Assembly (NCBI GenBank): GCA_020137815.1
Contig: CM035350.1
Location: 3,410,001-3,474,000 of the forward strand
Length of the DNA: 64,000 nt
Source of the DNA: Hormiphora californensis
Lineage: Eukaryota; Animalia; Ctenophora
Reading direction: 5' to 3'
Under the pieces are notes generated by a model. It was given only the letters and a program-made list of their open reading frames with translations. It was not told the DNA's origin and did not search any database. Within the stretch, counting starts at the first letter, position 1. Each line of letters starts with the position of its first letter. The translations under genes and the position numbers were made by a program. Below are positions 31,101 to 44,263 of the stretch, piece by piece.

Positions 31101-34100
31101 AGTACAAGTCTGGGCATCCGGATCAAATCTGAACAGCTCTTGGAGATCATTAGCAGTGAAATATCGGTTGATCTGCTTTTCGTCAACTACACGGGAAGAC
31201 AGGGACTCCTTGTACACCTAGTGGGGTAGTAGAGGTTATGAAAAGGTTTGTTTAATACATAATTATATAATTTGACACCGAGTTTTCGAGCATGATGTTC
31301 TGTTCAATAAAATGGCGCCTAGATTCAAACCTGTCTGTCGTATATCTTTTCCTCCATCGTTCCTCGAGCCACAAGTCGATACACATAAACATTCTTAGCT
31401 TGACCGTACCGGTATGCTCGGAACAATGATTGGGTATCGTCAGAGGGATTCCATGACATATCAAAGAGAATGATCCTGTTCGCTGATACCAGGTTGATTC
31501 CTGTGGGATTGTGGAGGTTGATGAAAAGAGAGAAAGAAGATGAAGATAGCTAAAGAACAGGTAGATGGAGAAATAGGGGCAGAGAGACATGTAGAACTTA
31601 CCTAATCCCCCGGCTTTGGTTGAAATAAGGAACAGTCTGCACCTCTTGTTTGATTTATCATTGAACTTTTTGCAGAACATGGACCGATGTGCAGTCTTGG
31701 TGGATCCATCCATACGATAATAATCCTGGCCCTTCGTCCACCCCACCCTATTGATTGATGTCTCGAGGAAGTCGAGGGCCAGTAGACTCTGACTAAACAG
31801 CAACACTTTGTCTCCCTTTTGGGAGGCCTTATCCAGTATCTCCAGTGTGACAAGTAGTTTACCGCTGTGTTCCAGCATCTTCTCATCCTTTTCGTTCATC
31901 TCACTCTTGAACCAGTTTGCATCGAGAGTGGGGGCTGCAGCGGCAGCATCTGCCTGGGCAGCTGGGATATCCGAGATAATCTGAATCTCATCTTCATCTT
32001 TCTTCTCTTCCTTCACCCCTTCCTCCTCCTTCTTTCCTTTCTTCTTCTTTTTCTTTCTAGCCCCAAAATCAGAATCCTCACTACTTGGTTCCCAACTCTC
32101 CTCAGAGGTCTCCCTGTCTGTTATGAAATCCTCGATACTATCTTTCTCGTTCTTTAGAGCGTCAATCTCCAGCAACCACGGATGAGTCCAAACTTTCTTT
32201 AACACTTGATAACACTCGAATAACCGAGTCATTGGTGCCTTTCCATTTTTGGCTTGGTCCAGGAACTTTTGATAAAGTTTAACCTGGAGATCTGACAACT
32301 TGATCGACAGAACATACTCGTACTTTTCAGGCAGGAACTCCTTCAGAACAATGTAATCCCTCCGCTGGACGCACCCAGACAGGTGCTCAAAGAGAATGTG
32401 AGAGCGTTCCTTCATCAATTTTATGTCAAACTCACTTGCATCGACACACTGGCCATTGACAATGGGATTATCGTACATGTTCCTGAACTCCTTTACCGTT
32501 CCAAGCAGGTTAGGCTTCACAAAATTCACCATACAGTGATACTCAAGGAGGTTATTTTGAAGAGGGGTGCCCGTTAGGATTATTCTCCGCCGAGTTTTCA
32601 ACGAATGGAGGGCTTTCGCAATTCCTGTTTTCTCGTTCTTGATCATATGGCCCTCATCACAGATAACAATATCAGGGCCGGGATCCAGAAGGCATTTCCG
32701 GAAGGTTTCCTTGAGATGCTTCTTCCTCTGGTTGGTGCCCATTGACAAAAGTCGGAACATGGAATATCCGATAATCAGAACACCAGATGTCTCGTACCAG
32801 TCTTCTATTACCTCAGCTCGCTTATCATTGTTGACAATGTTGTCGGTGAGAATAAAAACGGAGGGGGCATCGTCCAAGTCTTTCAACCACTTATCAAACT
32901 CTGCGGACCAGTTTCTCACTGTGTTGAGCGGGCAAACAACTAGTGCCCTTTTGAACCCGAAGATGTAATGGTAGTTGAGGATAGTTGTAACGAAGGTAAT
33001 AACCTGGAAGGTTTTACCTAGACCCATACAATGTGCCAGGATACACCCCGATCCCTCACTACCATTCTGGACCTTCTCTTTTGACTCGATACAACAATCA
33101 TACATGAACTGTATACCGTCCAATTGATGAGGTTTTAACCGCTTCTTCAGGTGTTTATGTACCTCAATAACGCGTCCCTTTTCTTCGTCTTCTAAGGATG
33201 GTTCTTTCCCTCTTGTCTTATCTGTTCTCATATCCTCCAAGATGAAATTCAGAATCTTTCCCTGTTCACTAGGCAGCAGCTTTTCCTTTAATTTCTGACG
33301 TCTTTCGTCCTCAGCTTCTTGTGCCTTTTGTGTTTCAGAAGTAAGCTGGTTTTGGCCAAGAATTTTTCTGATCTTTTTCCGTTTTCCCTTTTGCTGCTTC
33401 CGCCGTTTCCTTTTCTTCCCATCAGCATTTTCATCTTCTGAATCAGTCTCTGTTGCAGTTGTAGCTTTCCTTTTGCGGCGCTTTCGTTTTTTAGTCTTAC
33501 CATTTTGTTTCTTCTCCTCTCCCTCTTCTACTTCTTCGCCGTCTGTCCCATTTTTCTTCTTCCGTGGCCTGCCTTTCTTTTTGGGTTTGTCTTTACCATT
33601 TTCTTCTACCTTTTTATCACCCTTTTCAACATCTGTCTTTGTCTTACTCTCAGTCTTTTCTCCATCCTTTTCTTGTTCTTCCCCATTCTCCTTTTCTTTC
33701 TCTTTCTCACCATCTTCCTCTGAGAGCATTCCTGAAGACTCGGAACTCGGGCCTTCTGAATCGGGGTCATCCTCTCCCGGTTCCTGGGATGTCAAAGAAT
33801 CGTCACTGAAATTAGAGTGCTCGCTCTCTTTCTCTTCCGGTGAGTCGACCGGTTTAAATGTGGCTAATTTGTTCCGATACTTTTGGACCGTTTCATTGTC
33901 AGCATCATCAGACTCGTAAGGAGCTGCATCAGAATCTTCAAGCATACCACGTACTTTAGTAGGTTTTATATTTGGATTACCAGTGTCAAATAGTGAGTCA
34001 TCCGAATCATCATTCACAGCTTCTTTCTTCTTGTCCCCTCCCTTCCCTCCCTTGACCCCATTAGTAGTGGTTCTCTCTGTTCTGTCGGTTGTCTTTTTCC

Positions 34101-35205
34101 TCAGGTTTTCCAAAAATGCATCGTCATCAGAATCATCATTATCACTCGACACTTTGCCGTTCTTCTTTTTTCCTGGTTTACTACTCGCTCTTTCCTCGTT
34201 AACATCGAACTCTGATCCAGATGATTTCTCGCTCCCCTCCTCATCGTGGGATGATTTCACCTCTGTTACCTCCATCTCCTCCTCTTCTGAGGAAGACGAT
34301 GATTTCTTTGATTCTTCCTCTTGTTGACTCGGGGTGAGTAGTTTTGTAGTGTTTCTGCTTCGTATCCTGTTTGAAACGGCCGTCTCATAGTCAGTTCTTT
34401 TAGTCTCACTTTTAGGAACCTCGTGCTCATATTTTTCAACCAATAGGGGATCCTTTATACAGCAGTTTTGATATTTAACTATCAATTCTCCCACCTTTTG
34501 GGCTTCATCTAATGGACCGGGAACACAGATAAAACATTCCCAGTTGCTCTCCGCCAGAATCTCATCTCTTTTCTTTCGGCCAAAATTGCGTTTTATGCAG
34601 TCGGAGCAGTATGGTTTTTCGCATTTTTCGCAGTAGATCAGCTCTCCTCCCTCGCCGCACCAAATACAATAAACAAGGGAGCCTTCCTCATCATGGGCAA
34701 ACACGTCGGAGTGGTAAAAATCATGACAACTCCGACACATCGCTGTCTTGAGGTAAGGATGTAACAGCATTAGTCGTTTGTAGGGCCGCAAAACAACATC
34801 ACTACCACACGAAGCACAGTCCGGGACAAGAGCAAATGTGTGACCTGCTTTGGCTCGCGGTTTCACTTTAGTGCCTTCTTCGTCGACAACCTCGGTAGTC
34901 TCCTGAAGGAGAGTTTTAGATTCTGGTGGTAAGGATCCTGTAGCCTTACGAGTAACTCTGAGAGCGCCTAAACGCCGGGCTTTTCTGTACTCTGGTTCGC
35001 TTTCCTCGCCACTGTCTGACCCATCCCGACTGGTCCCTTTGCTAGAACCTTCTTGGGATTTCACCCCTACAACGTCATTATTCTCCCTCTTTACAGGTTC
35101 TGGTGATAACTTAGGCTCTGCTTTGATGGCTGTTTCAACTGGATCGGCAGCTTCTGCCACAAGTTTTGATAGTCTGTCTAGCTCTTGGTCATAGCTATCA
35201 GACAT
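28130..35205 (-). CDS. ATRX: ATRX chromatin remodeller (ADD domain plus SNF2 ATPase)
   Basis: Exons 35205-31602 ([19 protein letters not shown]; [10 protein letters not shown]; CDEGH; TGTPLQNN), 31500-31331 ([12 protein letters not shown]), 31217-30977, 30729-30445 ([10 protein letters not shown]), 30347-30214, 28309-28130 (Q-rich, stop). Confidence 0.96.
28957..30237 (-). repeat. 31-bp minisatellite (~41 copies) made of ATRX exon end plus 5' splice site
   Basis: Sense unit GTACCTCCCCACACAACACCTTCT(T/C)AGTCAG; the exon ends ...CCCACACAACACCTTCTCAGTCAG|GTACCT at 30214. Confidence 0.95.
30717..30860 (-). repeat. 32-33 bp tandem repeat (4 copies) of an ATRX acceptor junction
   Basis: Sense unit TCCACACCCCCACCTCTCAG|AGCAACA(G)CTAAC; true exon starts at 30729. 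Confidence 0.88.
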
Positions 35206-36697
35206 CCTGGGAGAGAGGGGTGAAAAATTAAGCTGAGCGAGACACAAGATATCAAATTTAATCACAAGAGCTCAGATGACACGTGTGTCAGGAGTGTTGG
35301 TTTGAACTTTGGACTGTTCTGAGCGGTGATTGGTCAAGATTTACAGTGCAGTTCAGGTGCAAACAAATAAATCAGTTATACAAATACAAATACAAATATA
35401 CATTTATTGTCCGCTTTTCATTGTCCATATTATAAAGAACAACACGAGTTCTGTTAGGTCTTGACTACTAGCATCACTTGGTGCGGACTTCGTCTCACTA
35501 ACTCTCGTTTCAAAAGCGGTTAGTTTTATACCAAGGATTTCCAGATATTTTTCAAGAAGATATTTTCTGAGGGTAATTTTTGTTAGTTAAACCATATTTA
35601 AATCGGATGATGAAATATACTGTCTCTGCTTACTGCAGATTAATAGAATATGCTCTTGGATCTAGAGATCCAGAAATGAATATTTTAGCTCCAGGGCTTT
35701 AGCCCTTAAACAATCGATACTGTCTTATACAACCTGGGTGAGGACTGAGGATCCGACTGCTTCACCTGTAGGAGAACCAAGGAGCGGAAGAGAAGTCATA
35801 CTCGCTGTAGCCTGCATCTCACCACACTGGCCTAGGGCCTAGGCTATCGAGTATCCAAGTTTCATTTAGAAAAACCCGATATGGATGATAATTGTTTAAA
35901 GGCCTCAGCCTGTTTACAGGTGCGTTCTGCCAAAAAAGTTAGTACCCGGACTAAATTCTAAAATTGCTCTAACGGCTAACCACCAACCCACTCAACCTTT
36001 TTGGCTAATTCTGATAGGAAAGCTCAAGCCCTAACCCCAACCAGCAACCTGAACCCTCGCTGTAACCCTAGCCCTAACCCTAAAATTTAAAAACCCGGTC
36101 CTGACAGTTGACACTCACAACACCCAGATTTTAACGTTTCCCGCGAAAACGGGACGAGGCTTTTCAAACTGCTGGCTCGCCCAGAACGCTATCACGGCAC
36201 GCGCACGACCGCGATAAGTCGCGCGCCCATATTTAGCGTCGTAATTATGAAAGTTTGACGCTTTCCATTTTATGCGCTACAGGTTATCTGCCGGGCCGCG
36301 CAGCATGCCAGATTTTACGGAAGCCAAATTTTTGAATTTTTAAATTTTTTTTTCTTCAAATTTTGTAATTTGTACATTGAAACTCCTCAATGAGGAGTCC
36401 TCATCGTGGTGGAGTTTAGGCTTTAGCCATGGCCCATGACTAGAAGCTCCTTTCCATTCGCTGATTGACTAGGCACAAATAGCTTCCAGGGAGTGGGGCT
36501 AGCCCAGGCTAAGACGCTGTTACGATCTGGGTGTTGCCTGGGCGTTTATTTTTATGTTTTAAAAAGTACCCTGCACTTAAATGGGTCTAACCATCAAACT
36601 ACTCAAAGTTTATCTGATAGGAAATCTCAAGCCCTAATCCCAACCCGAACCCCAGCCCTACCCGTAAGCCTACTTCAGCCCTAACCCTAAAACCATG

Positions 36698-36956
36698 CAC
36701 GGTGTCCTGGAAGGAGGTTTTACCTCGCCTAGAGTGACCCGAGAAGTTACGGACCCTACCCCACGTATTTTTTGACGTAGAATCTGAAAAACATAAAATT
36801 AAAATCCTGTCATGTGCCGTTTTTTACGCAAAAACGGCACATGACAGGATTTTAATTTTATGTTTTTCGGATTCTACGTCAAAAAATACGTGGGATAGGG
36901 TCCGTAACTTCTCGGGTCACTCTAGGCGAGGTAAAACCTCCTTCCAGGACACCGTG
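36698..36956. mobile_element. 259-bp foldback, CACGG...CCGTG termini, 4-bp TSD CATG (Chapaev/CMC-like)
   Basis: Near-perfect palindrome with a loop of only a few nt near 36827. CATG at 36694-36697 and 36957-36960. Confidence 0.88.
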
Positions 36957-37854
36957 CATGACTGCTGACACTCAAACACCCAGATTTTAACGTGTCCCCC
37001 GGGCTCAGGTCTCAGGAGCTGACACCTGCGCAGTATCTGTGCAGAGAGGACTACAAGACTGTTTGACAAGCTGGTGGAGCTGGTCCGTGTTGTAGGAGAT
37101 CCTGGATACAGTTGGTTTACTATTAAGAAAGTTACATCGCTTTAGAAAATGGTACCGCTTTAGAAAGTAGTAAGAGGTGTAGTAGTGGTAAACCATTTAT
37201 AATATCTAAAACTATTAAGCGGTTACAAATCCCAATTTCTCAAAAAAACGGCGTTGTGGTCAATAAAATGTAGTAACCTGCATGGCACAGGGCATTAGGT
37301 AACTTATTTATACTAGAAATTTTCTTCGTCTGGTGGTCATGAGTCATGATTGAAATACGGTGCTCAGAAGTCATGAGTCAGTAGTAGTGCTTCATCGATT
37401 ATCAATTGCAATGATAAATAACGATAATCAATGAATTAGTTCTCGACCAACATTATTTGATTTCCGGAATTAGCTCTTATATAGATTCAATATATGAGAT
37501 TGGCACACTACATTACTACAACTTTGACATCGGATTTATTCCATGACAGCCAGTCTATGCTAAAACAGAGGTGGGATATAACTCCTATCTCTGTTCACTA
37601 GTCAGTATTATTTTGCGGTTTAACAGCTCAGGTCCAAAAATACATTTCCCTCGAAGAAAGGCTTCGTCTCCTGATCCTATTTTATCCCTGACACAAACAT
37701 TTGTGAATATATATGATACAAGCGGTTAGAATTTTAAATTCGTTCCCTGCTCTTAAATTTGTTAATGAATTTTCGTCTCCGGAATTTGTCACGATTTCAA
37801 AAACAAGTTGTTATAATTTCTCATTTTCATGTTCATATTACAAGAACACCGTCA

Positions 37855-40812
37855 TCACTCATCACGTACAGCAGTAACATTTATCTCAGTCAGTTCCGCA
37901 GCTTCAACCTCTGTTATTTGAGAGTTCTGTGCCCTCCATTTTGCGAGATGTAGTTCTATAGTTGTCACCTTCCTCCAGAGGGATCTTGATGAGTCCTGGG
38001 ACGTTTTCTATACCACGGTATATCAGGACCCACCACTATGAAGCTTGGCAGGAGAAAAATACTTGCCTCCCCATGGCATTGTCAGGGCGTTTACTGCCAT
38101 GGTGGTGTAGGCTGCACAGAATGTTCCGATGATCGCGAGAAGGAAAGAGCTTCTTGTTAAGCACAAAGAAAGTACCTGGAAGATAAGTTAAAGTTAAAGA
38201 TATAAAGAGATAGGGAGAGTGAGATAGGGCAAGAGAGGGGCATAGAGATAAAATAGAGAACGGGAATTAAGGAAGGCAATAAAGAGGGACGTGATCGTGA
38301 TAGAGGCCGGGTAAGTAAGTGGGAGTTACGAGGGCACTGCTCCTGCAACGCAGTCTAGTTTTTGGAGGGCTCCAGTCTCGGACCTGCAAGACATGTAAAG
38401 GTGATTGCGCAGTTGATACCAAAAAGCTCCAGGCGAATCCGAGTGATATCCATGCCGAGAAGAATTGCAGTTGCAATACCGAGCAAGGCACCGAGCCAAG
38501 CCATGAGGCAGCTGAGGGGCGATGCAATGAAATACCCCACAGTCAGGGGTATGCTGCAGTAGATTGTGTTTGAAAACTGCAACAGGGAAAACCCGTACAC
38601 GACCTGAAAGAGATAATACTTGGTGATATAGACACCTGGTGCAGCCCCCGCGCCAGGTGTCTATATCACCAAAGATAATACGAGATGAAGTGTTATAGTA
38701 TATAGTAGTGTTATTATAGGTATCTCATTATATGATCAGTGAGATTAAAATTTAGGTGAGAGTAAATCTCGGATGGATATAATATGTTTTGCCTGGCTAG
38801 ACTGTCTTTCGCGTAATCGCGTGCCCCGGTTTGAACAAAACAAAAAACTATGATAGTTCCCACTTTCCCTTATACTCCAGTCTCATTTTTGTGTATCATG
38901 GCGATGTTAATTCTAAGCTGTCTACGGAAAATAAAGTTACAGTGATTCCCGTAATTTAGGCTACATATGCTTTTAGATTGGTAACGAAATTTCCCCTCTG
39001 CCTAGGGCATTGCGATTTAGCATGCCCGTAAGGTAAGGGTAATTACCAAGCTTTCCATCATTCTCAATTCTTTTCCTGGTCTCTCCCCCCCCACCCCCTC
39101 CGGTGTGCTGCCCTATTATTTAGGTTATTCCTTACCTACCCATCTACTAAATACCCACCTCCTATCAGTTAGGCTAATCCAACCCTGCTCCAACACTGCT
39201 CCCTATTATTATACAGGACCCACCTCTGTAAGAAACTCCATGAGAGTTAGTTGAAAATAGGCGGGGGTACGGACAGGCTGGATCACCCGAGGATAGAGGT
39301 TGGTGTTAATGATATGCTGAGAATTGACCGTCATAGCCCACCTGTCAACATATATACCGTTAATGTTACGAAAAAAAGTAAAGGCAGCGTTTACCCTTGT
39401 TAGTGCTTCTCTCTAACAGCTCTAAATTGCCTTCTTATGTCCCCACCTCGTCTCTTACTGCAGAGAAAAAAGCTCAAACTGTAATAGTTCCCTGTATTTT
39501 CTCAATATGTATGTATCAATACACCCAAGTAGCATCTTAAGTTATGTTCTAGAACTGAGAGAGAGGAACGAGTGGCTTAACTTATCACATTAGAGCGGTA
39601 TCCCACTAGAAGATCAAACCTACCACACGTACTGTAAGTGACAACTTACTACAAGCTTGTCTAGCTTGCAGTATCTATATAACAGCCCCCCAGATAACAA
39701 CTTACCACATCTGCCCGGTGATAATGGCCGCAAGGAACATGGGGGGAACTCCAAAGACCTCAAGGAGCGTCCTGGAGAGGGTGTTGAATATGACCATAAC
39801 CAGGAAGGTGAGAGGGACCATGGCACCCAGCGACAGCGCTATCATCCTCATGTCAGGGAGGTTGTGGAGGTCTATCGGATCAAATATTATGTACACTGCA
39901 TAACCTGAAAAAAGGGAGCTGGTGTTTATAGTTAGACAATTAAGAGGAACAAAGGACGTTTCCTTACTCACGGCGGAGTAACTTTTCAGCTACTATAGTG
40001 TAGTAGCCTACAGTTCGACATGTCATTGATCCCCGCCCTGGTCGCCACCACAATCAAAGGACGTTTCATTTGTGGTTGTGACACCAAAATATACGATCCG
40101 AAGCAGGTTTTGGGGATGGTATCACACTTCCAATGCTATACATAGTACTCCGATATAATTACCTAGAATGGTCCCCTGGGCTCCGCAAACCCCGTTCCTG
40201 ATGAGCACTCGTGGCAGGTTGAGCACATACGCCCATACCATGGACCAGGATACACTCCAAAAGAGGTAGAGAAGGTTGAAGGGACTGTTCACCACTGCTG
40301 CTATCAGACAGCAGACACCCGTGAGGGGGTTGTTCAGACCTTGGAACATGCCACAACTCCGGAGGAATATCACGAGGACCTCCAGGACTTTGTTACCCTG
40401 TGGGAGATGAAAGAGATATATTAATTTCATGGCAATATGTAAACAAATGATTTGCTAGATATATCATGTAGCAAGTTTCATATATATTGTGTGTCTACTG
40501 TCTACTATATTCCTCTATTCTTCTACAATAAAAACCCCGTCTACTCATTTTGTCCTGCCGGAAGGAGAAAACTAAACTTCCTCAATATATTCCTCTATTT
40601 TATCGCTAATATCTCACTTTAATGGTATTATCAAGTTCTGGCATGGTTCCTGATCCCTTCAGAAGATTCCATTTCCACCATGATTTCTGTTGTCCAGCTG
40701 TGGACGATGCAGGGGCATATTGGGACTGCTGTGGAAGGTCGGACTGGATTTTCATTACAGTATCCCCCACATCTGCAGAATCAACTATTGGAGCTAGTGA
40801 GGGTGACTCCAT
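37855..40812 (-). CDS. SLC14A: Urea transporter, UT/SLC14 family
   Basis: Exons 40812-40618, 40397-40163 (FLRSCGMFQGLNNPLTG), 39904-39706, 39341-39224, 38603-38384 (IASPLSCLMAWLGA, ELFGINC), 38175-37855 (GTFFVLT...KIPLE-VT). Two-fold internal repeat typical of UTs. The last exon needs about four 1-bp corrections. Confidence 0.82.
38620..38672. mobile_element. 53-bp hairpin MITE (TTGG family) with perfect 9-bp TSD
   Basis: TTGGTGATATAGACACCTGG...CCAGGTGTCTATATCACCAA; TSD AGATAATAC at 38611-38619 and 38673-38681. Confidence 0.9.
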
Positions 40813-42070
40813 TGATCAAGTCTGTACCTGAAATGAACATGATGGAGTATACGATAACCAGCAGGAGATGTCACATATTTGACATGGAGTTCAGAGTATA
40901 CTCAGCAGACTAATTTTGGTAAATTACTCTTAGCAATGCCATCAACACGAAACTGATACCAGCACAAAATCAGGATAATCACATGCATCGTCAACATGCA
41001 TGATACTTTCTAACAATTGTTCCTGAAAGTTCCTCAATATTCTTGTGTGACAAAGTAACAGCTCAAAGCTAGGCTTACCTGTCAAAAAGCGAAATGAAAA
41101 TGTGCATCTCAAGAGAAAATTTCATTTTGACCAGACTAATTGTATACCTGGCGGAGGAAATAAATTGGCGTCTAGCTGATGTGTAGGGGCGGTTTGTTCT
41201 GGGAGTCACAAAGAGAAGAAGCAAATCAAAATTTAGAAATATGTCGAATTTTGATGCAGGAACGCTTAAAGATAAGACTGTGTGGGGTGAATGTGTAACT
41301 CAAGCCTCGTTGAGGTCTCCAATGCAACCAGTCCTCTACAGATTCAATAATGCTTCATGTTATGCATAGATATCCCCCTCAAACCGCATTATATTGCACT
41401 ACTGTAACCAGGGGTAAATGCAATGACAATGCAGTTGTAGGTCGCCATGGTTGGTCCAGCTACGAGGCTTCCCGATAAGGTTAGTCTAGATTAGGTTAGG
41501 GACACAGGTCTCACAACTCACAAATCAAGGACCGGTCGATGGATAACATTTAATCGGAGGTGCAGGTTCTGATCGGTAGTTTGGAGACAACATTCCAGCT
41601 GATTCCGTATAACAATAATGATTGTTGGGTGTTGATCTTTTCATGCGGTAGTACGGGGTGGTGGAGATAGGTAATGCACGTCCGCGAAAAAGGTGAAACA
41701 TTCTTCGATTTAGAGTTTCGATATGTTTCATTCCACCCTTTAATCCCTAATAAACAAAGATTGTCATGTTCTAACCGTCTTTTACAGTTATATTAATTGT
41801 CTCTGCCGTCTCGGGGGGAGGGAGAGACATTATTATTATATTAGATTAGTTTCCTAATATATTGAAGATCGACCAAATCAATTTAAAGTATCAGGCGCCT
41901 TTCCCTTGTTATGTACTACTAACCCGATCCCTGGGGCGTGGAGAGAGAGAGAGAGAGAGGGTCGAACAATATTTCCCTATATCAATTCAGGATGAGCTAC
42001 CGTCTCGAGTTATTAACCTGGATCTTTAGGTCAATATAGGGCTTAACTTTCAGCTTTTATTTGTCAAGTC

Positions 42071-43064
42071 TAGTAAGAGCGCTTAGATCATGCACATGGA
42101 AAACTCGCGTGCCACCCGAAATTTAGGTCACTGTCACCCCAATTTGCTTTGGATCGAATCAAAACATGACCCACGAGTTTTTTGTAGATCTCGACAAGAT
42201 CTTTCCACTTTCGCAATTCGAATACTTGGAGGTCATTTTTTGATTGGAGTTGAAATGAAGGAGCTATGACATGAAAGCACAAAAAAGTGGCGCCCGACTT
42301 TTGGAGCGAACTGATCTAATCGCTCCTATAGTCGAATTTTTTAATCAAGGGACAGGGGGCCGCGCATTTACAAAGTCTTTTTGCGCGTGCTAAATGTTTT
42401 CGCTCATATCTCCTGTTCCTGATAAGATAAAGACTTGATCTTGGTTGCGTTGAAAAGGTCTTAAAATCATCTTTCCAACGCTTCCGGGTTCAAGTCTTAA
42501 AGGTTGACAAGATACCTAAAACTTTTCGTATATCGTCTTATTTTGATTTATCATTAATTTTCAGCATTTTTTCAGAATTTTTTGTCGGCTAGAAAAAAAT
42601 TCGAAATAGGGGGTCCTACCGATATTGTCAGCACTGGTTTTACTGGGCACACTTACTTACTGCGTCTCGCAAATTGAAATTCACGTTTCCGGTTCCTCAA
42701 AAGATAAAGACTTGATCTTGGTTGCGTTGGATTGGTCTCAATAAGACCTTCCAACGCTACCAAAACGGTTTCTGTATCTCATCAGGAACCGGAGATATTA
42801 CGTTATCAATTTTTAAAAAGGGCACACTCATTTGTCAGTAGACCCCCTATTTTGCATATATTTCTAGCCGACAAAAAATTCTGAAAAAATGCTGAAAATT
42901 AATGATAAATCAAAATAAGACGATATACGAAAAGTTTTAGGTATCTTGTCAACCTTTAAGATTGCCAGGAACTTGATCTCGATTGTCACGCGCAAATACA
43001 ACGCCGCGCGACCTCTCTGAATGCGCGGCCCCCTGTCCCTTGATTAAAAAATTCGACTTTACTA
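42071..43064. mobile_element. Nested transposon cluster: TAG...CTA MITE > TA-flanked Tc1/mariner-like MITE (42329-43059) > TTAA-flanked Kolobok-like MITE (42501-42955)
   Basis: Outer TAGTAAGAGCGCTTAGATCA / TGATCTAATCGCTCC-TA-[insert]-TA-CTA. Middle TIR AGTCGAATTTTTTAATCAAGGGACAGGGGGCCGCGCATT. Inner TTAA|AGGTTGACAAG...CTTGTCAACCT|TTAA with ~95-bp arms. Confidence 0.75.
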
Positions 43065-44263
43065 TTCCAGACTCTTCTATGCAATGTGCATGAACAATTG
43101 GACACAATTTATCGATTGGTTATATAATGGGCACCTGATACGCATTTGTAAAAAGTCTGCAGTGTCCTTTATTTAGCCAGATAGTCCTTTATTTAGCCTA
43201 TATAGTCCTTTATTTAGCCTATAGTTCTCTTGGGGTGGGGCTGGTACGGTTTATGTTTGTGGCTGTAAAATGTAAATTGATTTTTGAATTTGCGAATAGT
43301 TTTCCTTGTAAGAGTGACGAACCTGATCCTTATAGTGAGATAGCAGCTAATAGAAGGTACTAAATCATGTAAATATACTGTCCTGGTTCTGATACCCGAC
43401 CTAGTTGTATCCATATAAGTGGTAGAATCACAGCATGGTAGACGGCGGATTATGTATGCATTATCTGATAAATTATCAATGAAAGAAATATTAAAGCAAC
43501 CAGGTTCAATTTATCAATGAAAGGAGGTTCAATTTTCACCTTGTTAACAAAAATACCTATAATACTTGCAGAAAGGAACAATGGCGGTACTGTGCGGATA
43601 AGGTTCCTATTATAATTGTTCAATGAATGTTTATGGGATACTTGTTGCAATGAAAAAATATAATGCTGCATTTGCCGGAGAACAAAACTAGAATTCGCAT
43701 TCCTTTTACATATATTTGATTAGGGCCTTGATATTTATGTTTATGAGATCATTTTTACCTAGATTTCGATCGTTATAATCGATTGCATCTAAGTATTTTT
43801 TTACAAAGTCAGTGGCAAAAAAGTTACAAATCTCTGTTGAGGAGACCTGTGCAGTTACAAAGTACTTACTAGCAGAATTAGTATTAATAAGTTGTTATAG
43901 TGTCTCACTTTTCTATTCCCCTATAGCTTCTTCATTTGCATTCCGTTGTATTCTACAACTTCAGTAATTTCAGAGCCCCATTGCTTTCTCTACCATTATC
44001 TCTCTCTCTCTCTCCATCCCTTTCTCTCTAGTTCGCCCTCTCTGTATGAGGCACCAGGTAGTCAATTAACTCGAATTAGAAGGTGCCCAACGGCGGCTGC
44101 CGCGTAAATTGATTGCGGACAGTAGGAGAGAGAGGTCCTTCTTTCCTCAATGAATTAACTTCAGGTGTACGTAAGGTGCACTGATTACGTTTTATAATTG
44201 TATTGTACCGCTTGGATTACGCACGAACACTGGTTTCCAGTTAGAAAGTGCTGATACAAAATT

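Noticed and set aside
35763-35922. CACCTGTA...TACAGGTG possible MITE
   Set aside because: Only 8-bp inverted ends, no TSD and no second copy in the window.
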